A stretch of DNA of 63,829 nucleotides, counting the filler, from Octopus bimaculoides (Eukaryota), in the NCBI RefSeq assembly GCF_001194135.2. It is 9 parts of 7 records of this genome, joined end to end, with 100 filler letters (N's around TTAATTAATTAA, not from the genome) between each part and the next. Parts side by side here need not be neighbours in the genome. Positions count along the whole stretch, not along the records: positions 12,334 to 24,596 come from NC_068986.1; positions 24,697 to 28,478 come from NC_069007.1; 7 more parts are not named here. The stretch is one strand, 5' to 3'. This document shows, in pieces, positions 12,973 to 26,265 of this stretch. A program made the translations under genes and the position numbers. The notes beneath the pieces are model-generated. The model did no database searches, had not been told where the DNA came from, and saw nothing but the letters and a program-made list of their open reading frames with translations. Within the stretch, counting starts at the first letter, position 1, and each line of letters opens with the position of its first letter.

Positions 12973-13312
12973 AAGCAGGAGTAGCAGTAACCATAGCATG
13001 TGGAGGCGGGTCAGAATGTTGTTGGTCAAATAGCAGAAGGCATGGTGTTTAAAACAGACATCATGATGATCATCACCCACGTGGTTGTCATACTCGTCGC
13101 CGTCACCGTCGCCATCATCGTCGTCGTCGTCTTCGTCATCATCACCAGCAGCAGCAGCAGCATAATCGGCGCCACTATCATTCTTATTATAATTCTGACC
13201 ATCGCCCCAATCATCATTATCATCATCATCATCATCAACTTTATTATAATCACCGTCAGTAGCAACTTTATCATTATCATCACTATCATCATCATCATCA
13301 TTATTAGCAATT
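12334..13312. repeat. Cluster of (TC)n, (CTA)n, (GAA)n, (GAG)n, (GTA)n and (ATC)n repeats
   Basis: Direct reading; explains homopolymer-peptide ORFs. Confidence 0.95.
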
Positions 13313-13560
13313 TGGAAAATGCGTGATGCGTTTCTTTATTTCATAGCAAGATAATCTGCAATCACTCAATGTCGCGATTTGCTAGAATATTACTCGCATG
13401 ATCAACAAAATTTTACCAATCAAGACTTTGCGTGGGATAGGCTCCAGCGACGGTTGCACCTTTTGATGCGCTTCTTTCTGGGATTAATCATCAATATATA
13501 TATATAAATTTGACACACTTTGATTACTTGATAGAGAGCTTTGACAGAGGATTGAGAGAC

Positions 13561-13640
13561 AGCAGGGAGGAGGCGATGACAGCAGAGAGGAGGCGATGAC
13601 AGCAGAGAGGAGGCGATGACAGCAGAGAGGAGGCGATGAC
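13561..13640 (+). repeat. 20-bp tandem repeat x4 (AGCAGAGAGGAGGCGATGAC)
   Basis: Three identical units plus one with a single mismatch; no spacers. Confidence 0.95.
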
Positions 13641-13779
13641 AGACGGACGGCGAACAGACGCGGACATTTGCTGAATCGCTGACAGCGACCACAATGATCA
13701 TCAACGACAGCAACACAACGACCAGCAGCTAACTTTTAGAATACTATTACAATCACACCAAGAGCAATAGCACCCAAAC

Positions 13780-14180
13780 TCTTTCGCCCTTTCGTGGTTC
13801 GTAGAAATGACATTTTTCTTTTTGTACGAAAAGAATAAAATTTTATTTATCAAAAATCTTGACAGATATTAGTGTACCTTTCGTAGAACTTGAACTAAGA
13901 ATTAGACATATTTTATGGCGCATATGTTGAATATTAACAAAGATACTGTTCATTAACACATTGCAAACGGGAAGCAGTACTGACCCCATTAAAACAGTGT
14001 GTGTGCGTGAGCAGTGCGATGTCGCGCTCTGCGCGGCACCGTGTTTTCAAATTACCACCCTGAGAAAAATCTGTAAATGCACTGTAAAATTCCTTGTATG
14101 AAAAATTCTGTAGTTACAGAACAGCCTAATACTGGTACATAGCACAGACTGTCAGTACTAAATCCGTCTGCAAGGGGTAT
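13780..14180 (+). mobile_element. piggyBac transposon 3' remnant
   Basis: CVREQCDVALCAAPCFQ (about 14000-14050) matches the piggyBac C-terminal cysteine-rich domain; AGGGGT end at 14173-14178. Confidence 0.65.
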
Positions 14181-14789
14181 TACAAATATATTCAAATTTT
14201 ACAAATTTGGTATCAGAATACCTTAGCAATAATTACAGTTACTAGTAGGTCTGAGAAGAGAGAATTTATAAGGCAGGGAGAAAGGAGTAAATCGTACGAT
14301 TTGGAAAAAGGGGCACGTTTCAGAACTGAGAAAAGTGGATGTGGCCACATTGTGGAACTGGCCTATACTTCTTAATACTCTATCATTAGCTCTGTGCTAT
14401 TAATATTTTTATCACATTATGGCGTATCTGGCGCTATATTTGTGGCTGTTACGTCCCGTGATCATTTTTAAATATCTGTAGGGGTTTATGAGAATGCCAG
14501 AAATCGTTTTCACGCAGGAGTTGAAATGTAATAGTTAGGCGTATGACAGCAACATTATCATTAGTATTACTAGTTATATTCATAACAACAAAACCAGCAG
14601 CAGCAGTAGAACGAGTGTGTTAATGCGTCAAAAACAATAATGAAGATGTAAATGTTGAGAGGAAGAAGGTGGAGGTTTATGATGAGGAAGATGGATATAA
14701 GAAAAATCACAGGCACCACCACCACCACCACCACCACCACCACCACCAATGACAAAATAATGGCTCTAGATTTCGATTCAGTGTCAACA

Positions 14790-14970
14790 GTTTTTGAGAA
14801 GGGGAACCCTATTACGTCGACTCTAATATTTGACTGGTACTTTTTCTATTGACCAGAAAAGGATGAAAAGCAAAGTCTATCTCGGTGGAATTTGAACTCA
14901 GAACGTAATGACGGACGAAATGCTGCTAAACATTTTGTTCGGCATGCTAATAATTCTGCCAGTTCGCCAC
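14790..14970 (-). mobile_element. SINE family A
   Basis: GGATGAAAAGCAAAGTC..GAATTTGAACTCAGAACG..CTGCCAGTTCGCC. Confidence 0.85.
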
Positions 14971-15000
14971 TTTACTGCAAAGAAATAATCTTTTGTATGG

Positions 15001-15213
15001 TTGGTACCAGGCTTGAAATTTGGTGGGGGATAGAGGCTGAGGGGCTAGTTGATTACATCGACGCCAGTGCTCAACGGGTACTTATTTTGTCGACCCCGAA
15101 CGGATAAAAGACAAAGTCGACCTCAGCGGGATTTGAACGCGTTACGTAAAGACAGACGAAATACTGCTGAGCTTTTGCCCGTCATGCTAACGATTCTACC
15201 AACTCTCCGCCTT
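15001..15213 (-). mobile_element. SINE family A
   Basis: GATTACATCGAC..TCGACCCCGAA..AAAGTCGACCTC..GCTAACGATTC. Confidence 0.85.
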
Positions 15214-15937
15214 ATAAAAAAAGAAATGATAGAAAACAATACTTAGAAACGGAAGCAATAAAACAAACAACGCAAAAATATATCAGCGACAACAGCAACT
15301 CAAAGCACGATTTGCCGATTTATAACCACGGAAAGAATCTAAAGAAAAAGAACAAACAAAAATCAATGAACACGAAACGAACAATACATACATATTTCCT
15401 CATACAAAGATGTAATTATTTCGTGGTTTGGGTCGTTTTTGAATCATTAGAACCTCGTTTCTAGATTTCCAGCAGGAATTTCTTTCAGTTGTTATATGTG
15501 GCGTTTATGGAATAACGCTGGTTCTTATATTTGATTAACTTTAGCAGGAAATGGACTGCAAAAATAGCGTTGGGTTAAAAACCAGCGCAAAACTAAGTTA
15601 TACCAAATGCAAGTCTTGATATATGATATGAATGCGAAATTTGCACATTCTCTCGGATGTTGACCGAAAAATATGGATGTGGAGGTATATGTATTTGTGT
15701 GTATGTATGTATATGCGTGTGTTCATAAATAGCTGCAAGAGAGTTTGGTTGCGATGAGCGTATGTATTTATGTATGTATGTATGTGCATAAATCTATGTG
15801 TATACAAACACACTAACGTACTTATATATACATACATATATACACAAACGCCTTATATGCATGCGCATTGTTATATAGTTGAATTACTACCACCGAGTGA
15901 TTGTGTGGAAATATCCATTTTCTAGATAATTCTCATA

Positions 15938-15994
<57 letters not shown>

Positions 15995-16260
15995 NNNNNN
16001 NNNNTATATATATATATATAATTCTCATATTCATATATATATATATATACACGCATACACATAAACTTCTTTAACTAATTTCAACTCGAGAGCTGTGGGC
16101 AAGCTATATAGATACAATACAATACATACATACATACATACATACATACAAACATACATACATGCAAACTTAAAAACATACATACATACATACATCTGTG
16201 GGCCAACTGAGTGAGTATGCATATCAGCAGTTGTGTGCCAACATTTGAGGGGAGGACAAT

Positions 16261-16339
<79 letters not shown>

Positions 16340-16688
16340 AGACCGTGTTGGAGTGAATGGAAGAGCAAAGATGGAGGACGATTGAAAAGAAATTAAGATA
16401 GAGCATTAGAAGTCTAAAGAAGAGAATACATTCTTGTAGCTTGATAAATCTTCTTTCCTCTACTTTCTTGAAAAATGGAAATGAGCTGTTGTGATGTTGA
16501 AGCCAATGAGAGGGTTTGGTTTGCTTCTTTATTTTTTTTTTTCCTTCTTTTGAGTCAGTTCCGTTGATTTATTTGATATTATTTCATGGATGTAAATGGA
16601 AGATAATTTGGCTAGAAGAAGAAGAAGAAGAAGAAGAAGGTGGAAGAAGAAGAAGAAGAAGAAGAAGAAGAAGAAGAAGAAGAAGAAG
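16261..16688. repeat. (GAAA)n at 16261-16340 and (GAA)n at 16612-16688
   Basis: Direct reading. Confidence 0.9.
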
Positions 16689-17639
16689 NNNNNNNNNNNN
16701 NNNNNNNNNNNNNNNNNNNNNNNNNNNNNNNNNNNNNNNNNNNNNNNNNNNNNNNNNNNNNNNNNNNNNNNNNNNNNNNNNNNNNNNNNNNNNNNNNNNN
16801 NNNNNNNNNNNNNNNNNNNNNNNNNNNNNNNNNNNNNNNNNNNNNNNNNNNNNNNNNNNNNNNNNNNNNNNNNNNNNNNNNNNNNNNNNNNNNNNNNNNN
16901 NNNNNNNNNNNNNNNNNNNNNNNNNNNNNNNNNNNNNNNNNNNNNNNNNNNNNNNNNNNNNNNNNNNNNNNNNNNNNNNNNNNNNNNNNNNNNNNNNNNN
17001 NNNNNNNNNNNNNNNNNNNNNNNNNNNNNNNNNNNNNNNNNNNNNNNNNNNNNNNNNNNNNNNNNNNNNNNNNNNNNNNNNNNNNNNNNNNNNNNNNNNN
17101 NNNNNNNNNNNNNNNNNNNNNNNNNNNNNNNNNNNNNNNNNNNNNNNNNNNNNNNNNNNNNNNNNNNNNNNNNNNNNNNNNNNNNNNNNNNNNNNNNNNN
17201 NNNNNNNNNNNNNNNNNNNNNNNNNNNNNNNNNNNNNNNNNNNNNNNNNNNNNNNNNNNNNNNNNNAAGTTTTGCTTTCTTCTACATTGAGTTTTCACGC
17301 TAAGGAACCGCCATCCGAAATAATACGATAAAAATAATTCCCAAACAACAACAGCGAAACTAGAATAAAAATTAGAAAAAATTAATTCGGCAGGTCCAAA
17401 AACAGCAACAAAATTATAAAACAGTTATAAAAACATCGGTTCAGAGAATAGACTCCCTCCTCCGATATTTATAAATTTTCCAAAAATTTTAATCAAATGT
17501 ATTTATTGGCGTTTAATATCTTGCTTGTCTTTTTTTTTTAGGTTTTAAATATTCCTTAGAGGGAGATTGTGATTACTGATTACATGGATAATCTCAGTTG
17601 ATTGAATTTTTCGAAAGGAAATCATTATATAACTTGTGT

Positions 17640-17800
17640 AGGCGAAGTGTGGCCGAATGATTGATAAATTCAATTTGAACCACGAGTTGCCGGATTCGAT
17701 CTCATTTCGTGATATTTTGGTCAAATGCCATTGTTTACAGCCTTGCTGCGAGTCATAGCTTTGGAGTAAAACTGGGTAGATAGAAACTGTATAGGAGCCT
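17640..17800 (+). mobile_element. SINE family B head, highly diverged
   Basis: GTGTGGCCGAATG..AACCACGAGTTGCCGGATTCGATC..GGGTAGATAGAAACTG. Confidence 0.55.
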
Positions 17801-18054
17801 ATCAAGTGGATTGTATTTACAATTCAAATACTACATCATTGTTACACACTATGTAACTCTCATTATCACTTACTATTACGTTAAGGGTACACGTGCCTGA
17901 AGAATTCTGAGCGACATATTCGAGAGCAGATAATTCAAGAGCTGATAATTCAGCTGATCCAACAGCTAAGTCTTCATGTCAAACGACGAAGATCTACCGC
18001 CATATTACACATATTACATCCCACTGTAATTGTATTTAATACGCAGAATGCCCT

Positions 18055-18316
18055 AAGACGGTGATCTGGCAGAAACGTTAGCACGCCGGGCGAAATGCTT
18101 AGCGGTATTTCGTCTGTCTCTACGTTCTGAGTTCAAATTCCGCCGAGGTCAACTTTGCCTTTCATCCTTTCGGGGTCGATAAATTAAGTACCAGTTACGC
18201 ACTAGGAGTCGATGTAATCGACTTAATCTCTTTGTCTGTCCTTGTTTGTCCCCGCTATGTTTAGCCCCTTGTGGGCAATAAAGAAATAAGAATCGTTAGC
18301 ATGCTGGGACAAAATA
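18055..18316 (+). mobile_element. Young SINE family A copy (18071-18292) embedded in an older SINE A head
   Basis: Body nearly identical to 59021-59252; flanked by diverged head pieces AAGACGGTGATCTGGCAGAA and AGAATCGTTAGCATGCTGGGACAAAAT. Confidence 0.9.
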
Positions 18317-18460
18317 GTGATTCATCAGATTCTCAAGAGGAAACTCTGAGTAACAGTTTTCGTGATATTTTTGCTGCTTTTCAATAAAACATATTACTCT
18401 ACCTCTGGTATTCGAGTACTATTTTTTCCACCTTGTTTCACATTTATGTAGTTACTCCGG

Positions 18461-18492
<32 letters not shown>

Positions 18493-19090
18493 CATTAATC
18501 CCTCACCATATCGCGGTTCACCTATCGCGCACTCAGTACATCAGATATTGTAAAGCTGTCCATTTGAATAACATCAAAAGATCATCGTACGGTCCAGCAA
18601 TCTGTCTTATGTGGTTTACCTAAATTCACCCTCAACGCATGAGCAACCTTTTGCTTTTGTAAAATACAAATTCACAAAACGCCATGCAGTGAGAGCGAAC
18701 ATGTTATATCATGATTACAAGATTTTTAATGCACGGCAATACCTGCAACCTAGTTACGCATGGATACAGGTAGATGGAAGTACCAGCATCACACACAGAC
18801 ACACACACACACACGCACACACACACACACACACACGCACACACGCACACACATATATATATATATATATATGCATACATACAGACATACATACACACAT
18901 ACATATAGACAGACAGACGTACAATCAGACAGACAGACATATATGTATATTATATAAGTGTTATATGCATTCTAACTTACCCTCCTACACATTTAATCAA
19001 TAATAATAAAGAAAAACAGGTTTACATTTATGCATACATACATATTAAAACATGCATAGACACACATGTACATATATACATGCATACACG

Positions 19091-19138
<48 letters not shown>

Positions 19139-19892
19139 NNNNNNNNNNNNNNNNNNNNNNNNNNNNNNNNNNNNNNNNNNNNNNNNNNNNNNNNNNNNNN
19201 NNNNNNNNNNNNNNNNNNNNNNNNNNNNNNNNNNNNNNNNNNNNNNNNNNNNNNNNNNNNNNNNNNNNNNNNNNNNNNNNNNNNNNNNNNNNNNNNNNNN
19301 NNNNNNNNNNNNNNNNNNNNNNNNNNNNNNNNNNNNNNNNNNNNNNNNNNNNNNNNNNNNNNNNNNNNNNNNNNNNNNNNNNNNNNNNNNNNNNNNNNNN
19401 NNNNNNNNNNNNNNNNNNNNNNNNNNNNNNNNNNNNNNNNNNNNNNNNNNNNNNNNNNNNNNNNNNNNNNNTATATATATATATATATATATATATTTAA
19501 ATATATATATACATACATATATATACATGTCTATATTCATATACTTAACCTTTTGAATTTGGTTTTCTTCTACATTAATCTTTTGCTAAAGGCATCTCTT
19601 GTTGGCTACATTTCAATCATCATTCACAAGAGAAAAAGAAATCCATTTAAGAATCTGATGAATCACCTAACTTACCGTGTTAATTGCAGACAAACTCCCC
19701 CATCATCCTACACTTACTCACGCCTCCCCTTCTTCCACCACCTCCTCCTCTCCCCCTCAGCCCCGTCCTCCTCATTCGTCCTCCTCCTACTCATCTTCCA
19801 TTATTCGTCGTCTTCTTCTTCCTTCTCCTTCTCCGTTCCACCGCCGCCTTCCTTCCTTCCTTTTCCTTTCTCCTCCCGCTACTTCTCCTCAC

Positions 19893-19923
<31 letters not shown>

Positions 19924-20050
19924 TCCATCATAAATTTGTTATCATTGCCGTTGGCACCCCTCCGCCGCTTCCTGTTTTTTTTTTCTTCTCTCTCATCTTA
20001 CTACACGCTATTTTCCTCCTCCTCCTCCTTCTCATCATCATCAACATCAC

Positions 20051-20088
<38 letters not shown>

Positions 20089-20287
20089 CCATTATCATCA
20101 TCACCATTATCATCGTATATAATCATTGTAGCTAGCATCGATTATTTCATTGTACTCTTTGTACCTACGAAAAGTACTCTGGGAAAAGCCACTTACAACG
20201 CTTTATAATACATGTTCGCCATTATTATGTTTATGTCACTTCTAAAGCGAATCTATGATTATGTTCCTTCATATTTATATATAGGAC

Positions 20288-20415
20288 TACAAAATTATAG
20301 GGTGGCGTATAGTCGATCGGATCGACTCCAGTTCAAGACTGATTATTATATTTATTGAGTTGTGATGGATGAAAAACAAAGTCAACTTTATTGGGATATG
20401 AACACGTAAAGTATC
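20288..20415 (-). mobile_element. SINE family A, degenerate
   Basis: AGTCGATCGGATCGACTCCAG..GGATGAAAAACAAAGTCAAC. Confidence 0.6.
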
Positions 20416-20662
20416 AGGTTTTTAGGCTTTTAATAATGGTTTCTAACAGATGCGAAACGTGTCTCTTTCCGCTCACCACCAGCGCCAGCACCCCCGCCCC
20501 CATCATCACCACCACCACCACCACCTTCGCCGCCTCCATTACCAGCACCATCATGTTGTGGAGAAACAGTGTTGTTAATACTTAATTCGTAGGTTACTAA
20601 TGGCATCGATACGTAAGAGGAAAGACACCAAATTTGACCCTAGCATATTTTGACCTCAATGT

Positions 20663-20708
<46 letters not shown>

Positions 20709-21569
20709 CGATGATGATGGTGTCGGACAAACGGTAACCAGACCTATTTAATGTTAATGAAGGGCTGATGAGCACGCATTTGCGCATAGTTTAGCTACNN
20801 NNNNNNNNNNNNNNNNNNNNNNNNNNNNNNNNNNNNNNNNNNNNNNNNNNNNNNNNNNNNNNNNNNNNNNNNNNNNNNNNNNNNNNNNNNNNNNNNNNNN
20901 NNNNNNNNNNNNNNNNNNNNNNNNNNNNNNNNNNNNNNNNNNNNNNNNNNNNNNNNNNNNNNNNNNNNNNNNNNNNNNNNNNNNNNNNNNNNNNNNNNNN
21001 NNNNNNNNNNNNNNNNNNNNNNNNNNNNNNNNNNNNNNNNNNNNNNNNNNNNNNNNNNNNNNNNNNNNNNNNNNNNNNNNNNNNNNNNNNNNNNNNNNNN
21101 NNNNNNNNNNNNNNNNNNNNNNNNNNNNNNNNNNNNNNNNNNNNNNNNNNNNNNNNNNNNNNNNNNNNNNNNNNNNNNNNNNNNNNNNNNNNNNNNGAGG
21201 AGGAGGAGGAGGAGGAGGAGTTTAGGAACAAGGCGAGGAATTTTGAATGCAGGGGATCACACACAATCATGGACAACAATTTATCGACTTCGAAAGGATG
21301 GGAAACAAAAGGATCTTGAAACAACATAAGATACCCACAACAGTTAATCTGACGCTCCAACCATTATGCCAATCTGAAAACTTACTGGCGGCGATGGCAT
21401 TTAGGATATCAATGCATAGGCTACTTCAGTATTGATATGCTCTGCTTCTTTTCAAAAACTGGACGAGCATACAGCCAAAAGAATTTGGTAGAAGAAATAG
21501 GAAGCAGCTTACATTGCCTTACGCTTGCGGCTATCAACGTAATACTCTAGATGCTCTGTTTATTAAAAG

Positions 21570-22085
21570 TGGAGGAAACAGACGTTCATTAAATGCAGAA
21601 AACATTTAGGTTCTGAAACAACCTGTTTACTGTCAAGGAAACGCTGGTGAATACATATCTATGCGTCATTTGTCACATGACCAGACCTTCGTGTATTGGA
21701 TGTTGACAGCAAATGGATCGTCTGGCCAACAAAAATCGCCCCTTCCTCACAAAGTGGAAGGGTAAGTACTTCAGTGGTCTGACAAGAAGCAGGGTAAGGT
21801 ATGAGAGTTATGCGGCAGTAGAGATTGGATGCGATGTAAGCGTTTGCTGCCTTCATTCTACATTTTAGTGTTAGCTACTCTGCCCAGTTCTTGGTGAGTT
21901 TGGCCATCCGGCTCGTCACTTCATCCTACTTGTTATCTACCTGGTGTTCTGAATCTAACCAGATTCCGAACAACTTAACCGGTCTTCCGTTCAGGGCGCT
22001 GTTGGATAGTATAGATTAAGAGTCCCGTCGACTTTACCTGGATAATTTTGCTACTGTCAGCACCAAAGATCCTGGATTAGACTCG
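21570..22085 (-). mobile_element. Tx1/L1-clade LINE RT fragment
   Basis: GRPVKLFGIW..DEVTSRMAKLTKNWAE..KAANAYIASNLYCRITLIP; homologous to 42950-43200. Confidence 0.75.
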
Positions 22086-22322
22086 TCGTCGCTCAAAGAA
22101 AAAAAATTCACCCTTCTCTATTTCCCTCACCGTCTCTCTCTCTCTCTCTCTCTCTCTCTNNNNNNNNNNNNNNNNNNNNNNNNNNNNNNNNNNNNNNNNN
22201 NNNNNNNNNNNNNNNNNNNNNNNNNNNNNNNNNNNNNNNNNNNNNNNNNNNNNNNNNNNNNNNNNNNNNNNNNNNNNNNNNNNNNNNNNNNNNNNNNNNN
22301 NNNNNNNNNNNNNNNNNNNNNN

Positions 22323-22365
<43 letters not shown>

Positions 22366-22369
22366 GCTT

Positions 22370-22630
22370 CATATTTCTCAGCTGTCATTTGCTGATTCAC
22401 AGGCGCTTGGTTAGTCAAAACCATGTATGCCACCTCACCCTTCAGCAAATTTACTGGAGGACAGCGCCTCATCTTCATTTCTAAGTGTAAGATGAAAAAG
22501 TCAACGAAGACCAATCAATTTCCTTCGATACCCAGAATTTCTCTGGATACGTTTTTGCTCTTTTCCAGCGCAAATCCTTTATAGAATAGCTGAGTGAAAT
22601 TCCTACCGAATGCACTGTGCGACATGTACA
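22370..22630 (-). mobile_element. Tx1/L1-clade LINE C-terminal fragment
   Basis: FYKGFALEKSKNVSREILGIEG resembles the post-RT region at about 43480-43560. Confidence 0.45.
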
Positions 22631-23213
22631 GGGCAGTGAGCGTTTAACGTCAGTCACCCCAATCTTGGTTTCGCTTGACCCAAATCTTTCCTAAAGTATG
22701 TATGTTCTTGCGCCAAATTCAGAAATTATTTTCATCATTATTAGACGAACTTAGATACTATCTGTTATACACTTTGGCTGGAAAAAATACACTCTTGTTA
22801 AATACTGTTTGATAGTCTTGATTGCAGCCACGTACCAAAATGCCTAGCTTTGAGCCTATGTTACAAAAAAATATTCGTTTTTTGTTGTTCCTGTTGTTGT
22901 TGCTGTTATTCTGTTTATATATTTGTCCTCTGTTTATTTATAGTTGTAATCACAGTGTATCTGTTGACTACTGTTCATGTTTCTATACGTAGTGTTTGTG
23001 CTGACTAATGTCAAATGAAAATAATGTGAAAATAATGTATCGTTCTCTCAAGTCTTAAAGACTTGAGACAGGAAATACTTTCCTTCGTATAATATCAGTT
23101 CTAAGCAATGCAAATCTTCGTGGCGTTTTTATCGTGTTTCTTTTCTTTTGCTCTACGTCTTTGAAGTAGAATGAAACTGACGATGCTAGCGTTCCAACTA
23201 TTATTAGTGTCAC

Positions 23214-23244
<31 letters not shown>

Positions 23245-23514
23245 CTTCTTCTTCTTGAAAGCTACACTATGTTGTAACCACTTAAGATTTTTTTTTCTTC
23301 CTTACGTGTTCCTTTCCACAATATTCTGGTTTCTCGGTATAGTAATGTCAATAATGGAACATTAGTTTGTTTCTTCTTTTTCCGACCAATACAATGCTAG
23401 GATTTCACTCTTTCATTAAACTGTTTTGTTTTGTTTTTGTTTTTGTTTTTTGTTGGGTTTTTTTTTTGGGTTTTTTTTTNNNNNNNNNNTTTGTCTTCTG
23501 TTTGTTGAATTACT

Positions 23515-24035
23515 ATGCTATTCTTTGAGTTCGAAATCAACCGGAACGAGCATTACCTTTCGTTCTTTAAAGGTCGATTAAAGTATCAGGTAATTACTTG
23601 GATCGATTTAATCGACTATAACTTAAATCCAAATATTTATGGATTTGTACTTGTTTTGGATGTCCTCATCATCGCTGTCATCGCCATCATCACCATCATC
23701 GTCATCATCATTATCATCATCATCATTATATTCATCATCGCAAACCCATTCTCCAAGCTCTTTACGTTATTAGTTCAAATACTGCGGTTGTCGACTTTGT
23801 CTTTCATCTTTTCTGGTTCGACGCAATAAAGTGCCAGTTAGATTTCAGAATTGTTTGAGCAACGGACGAAATACCTTGTCTTTCTTTTGGCTTTTTAACT
23901 ATTTCGTTCACGCCCTTCCGATGTCAGATTTACCTTTCATCCTTTCAAAGACGATTAAATACGTAACAGAACTTCTGCCAATGTAACTGTCTAGACCCTT
24001 CCCACAAAGATTCAAGCCTTGTGACAATATTTGAA
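23515..24035 (+). mobile_element. Three clustered degenerate SINE family A fragments
   Basis: Repeated GAGTTC/AGTTCAAAT, CTTTCATC and GATCGATTTAATCGAC blocks. Confidence 0.6.
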
Positions 24036-24139
24036 AGAATTATTATGAATATTTGATGAAAAATGTCAGCTTCTTGTATTAGGAGCGCCACATTTCTAAC
24101 ATCCTCCCCACCACTTTTGTTAAACTTTTATATGTTATG

Positions 24140-24280
24140 CATATGTCCCTTATTTCCCAGTCTACACCGTGTATACTTCCTTTTCATTTTTTGACCATGT
24201 CATAAGTAAGCACCCACACTTTATGTCTGTCTTTGTACCGCCCCCTCATTCCGCGCTCTTGTGACAAATAAATGAAATCA
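24140..24280 (+). mobile_element. Tx1/L1-family 3' end with AATAAA and (ATT)n tail
   Basis: CATAAGTAAGCACCCACACTTTATGTCTGTCTTTGTA homologous to 44868-44945. Confidence 0.8.
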
Positions 24281-24302
24281 TTATTATTGTTGTTGTTGTC
24301 GC

Positions 24303-24362
<60 letters not shown>

Positions 24363-24696
24363 GTTGTTGTTTTTCTTCTTTCTTCAAATTTTCTTCCATT
24401 TCTTGCCGAGTGTTTTCCGTACAACTAGGGCAGAGAAGCTCATTGTATGCATTCCCAGTTTACACACGCGAATTCACAGGTAAAATATGTATTAAAAAAA
24501 AAAATTAATGAATAAATAAATTCATGAATGGATGTTGTTTTCACAGTAATAATGCTCTTCTCAGTACATGAGTCGTACCATTATTGCAAGATTATGNNNN
24601 NNNNNNNNNNNNNNNNNNNNNNNNNNNNNNNNNNNNNNNNTTAATTAATTAANNNNNNNNNNNNNNNNNNNNNNNNNNNNNNNNNNNNNNNNNNNN

Positions 24697-24735
<39 letters not shown>

Positions 24736-24972
24736 TCTATATGCATATATATGTATGTATGCGCATATATATATATACATACACACACACACATATCTAA
24801 ATGCAGATATACATACATACATATATACACCCACATGTATGCAGATGTGCATCTACATGTTTATACACTTACATGTATATATAGTAACACGCACATACAC
24901 ATACACACATACACACACATATATATATACATGCACATACATCGGTTATGTATTTGGATATATTATATATAC

Positions 24973-25006
<34 letters not shown>

Positions 25007-26226
25007 CGTGTGGGTAGATATGTATTTAAGTGTATTTATGTATATATTTATGTACATATATATGCATATATACATATATATATATATGTATATAGATACA
25101 TATTTATATATGTATATATATGTATGTATGTACGCATATATACACGTGTGCACACATCCACGGGCTTCTCCTCCCCTAAAATGCACACGATTAAACAGAC
25201 TCCTCATCCCCCCCACACACAGACACACACAGACACGCACACACACTGCCGCACACACATACACACATATTCACAAATACTTGCATATATGTGTGGGTAT
25301 GTATGTATACACGCACACACACGAACACACACACACACACACTATATATATATATATATATTTCTATATATGTATCTCTGTGTGTGTGTGTATATATGTG
25401 TGTGTGTATGGATGTGTGATTGGTTGTGTGGATGTGTGGGATTTGTGTGTATATATGACTGTGTGTGTTGTGTTTGTGTGTGCGTGTCGTTATTACACGG
25501 ATGTGCGGTGTTTGAAAGCGGACAGGCTGAGTGAGAGGCGTGCGGGTGTGCGGGCGAGCGGTTGCNNNNNNNNNNNNNNNNNNNNNNNNNNNNNNNNNNN
25601 NNNNNNNNNNNNNNNNNNNNNNNNNNNNNNNNNNNNNNNNNNNNNNNNNNNNNNNNNNNNNNNNNNNNNNNNNNNNNNNNNNNNNNNNNNNNNNNNNNNN
25701 NNNNNNNNNNNNNNNNNNNNNNNNNNNNNNNNNNNNNNNNNNNNNNNNNNNNNNNNNNNNNNNNNNNNNNNNNNNNNNNNNNNNNNNNNNNNNNNNNNNN
25801 NNNNNNNNNNNNNNNNNNNNNNNNNNNNNNNNNNNNNNNNNNNNNNNNNNNNNNNNNNNNNNNNNNNNNNNNNNNNNNNNNNNNNNNNNNNNNNNNNNNN
25901 NNNNNNNNNNNNNNNNNNNNNNNNNNNNNNNNNNNNNNNNNNNNNNNNNNNNNNNNNNNNNNNNNNNNNNNNNNNNNNNNNGACACAACCTGGGGGATGA
26001 AATGAAGAAAAAAAATATATTGAAAGAAAAATAAAATAAGTGAAGGAAAAGAGAAATAAATAAATAAAATAAAATATAATGAAGCCATACAAACAGATAC
26101 GTACACACACACGCGCCCGCGCGCTCGTGCACACACGCAAACACATGCGCGCAAAGACTCACTCACGTGTGCACACGTACGTACGCACGCACACCCACAC
26201 AAACACGCACACACACACACGAACAC

Positions 26227-26265
<39 letters not shown>

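Noticed and set aside
13561-13640. Possible CRISPR-like array
   Set aside because: Head-to-tail units without spacers; eukaryotic context
15929-16045. ATTCTCATATTC(AT)n repeated around a 10-N gap
   Set aside because: Likely assembly duplication at a microsatellite
18316-18366. Minus-strand GAAA...hairpin...CTGATGA resembling a permuted hammerhead
   Set aside because: Stem II cannot form and stem I is offset by 3 nt
18619-18742. Minus-strand exon-like segment
   Set aside because: Stops in all three frames
20764-20798. CTGATGA followed by a small hairpin
   Set aside because: No GAAA core before the gap
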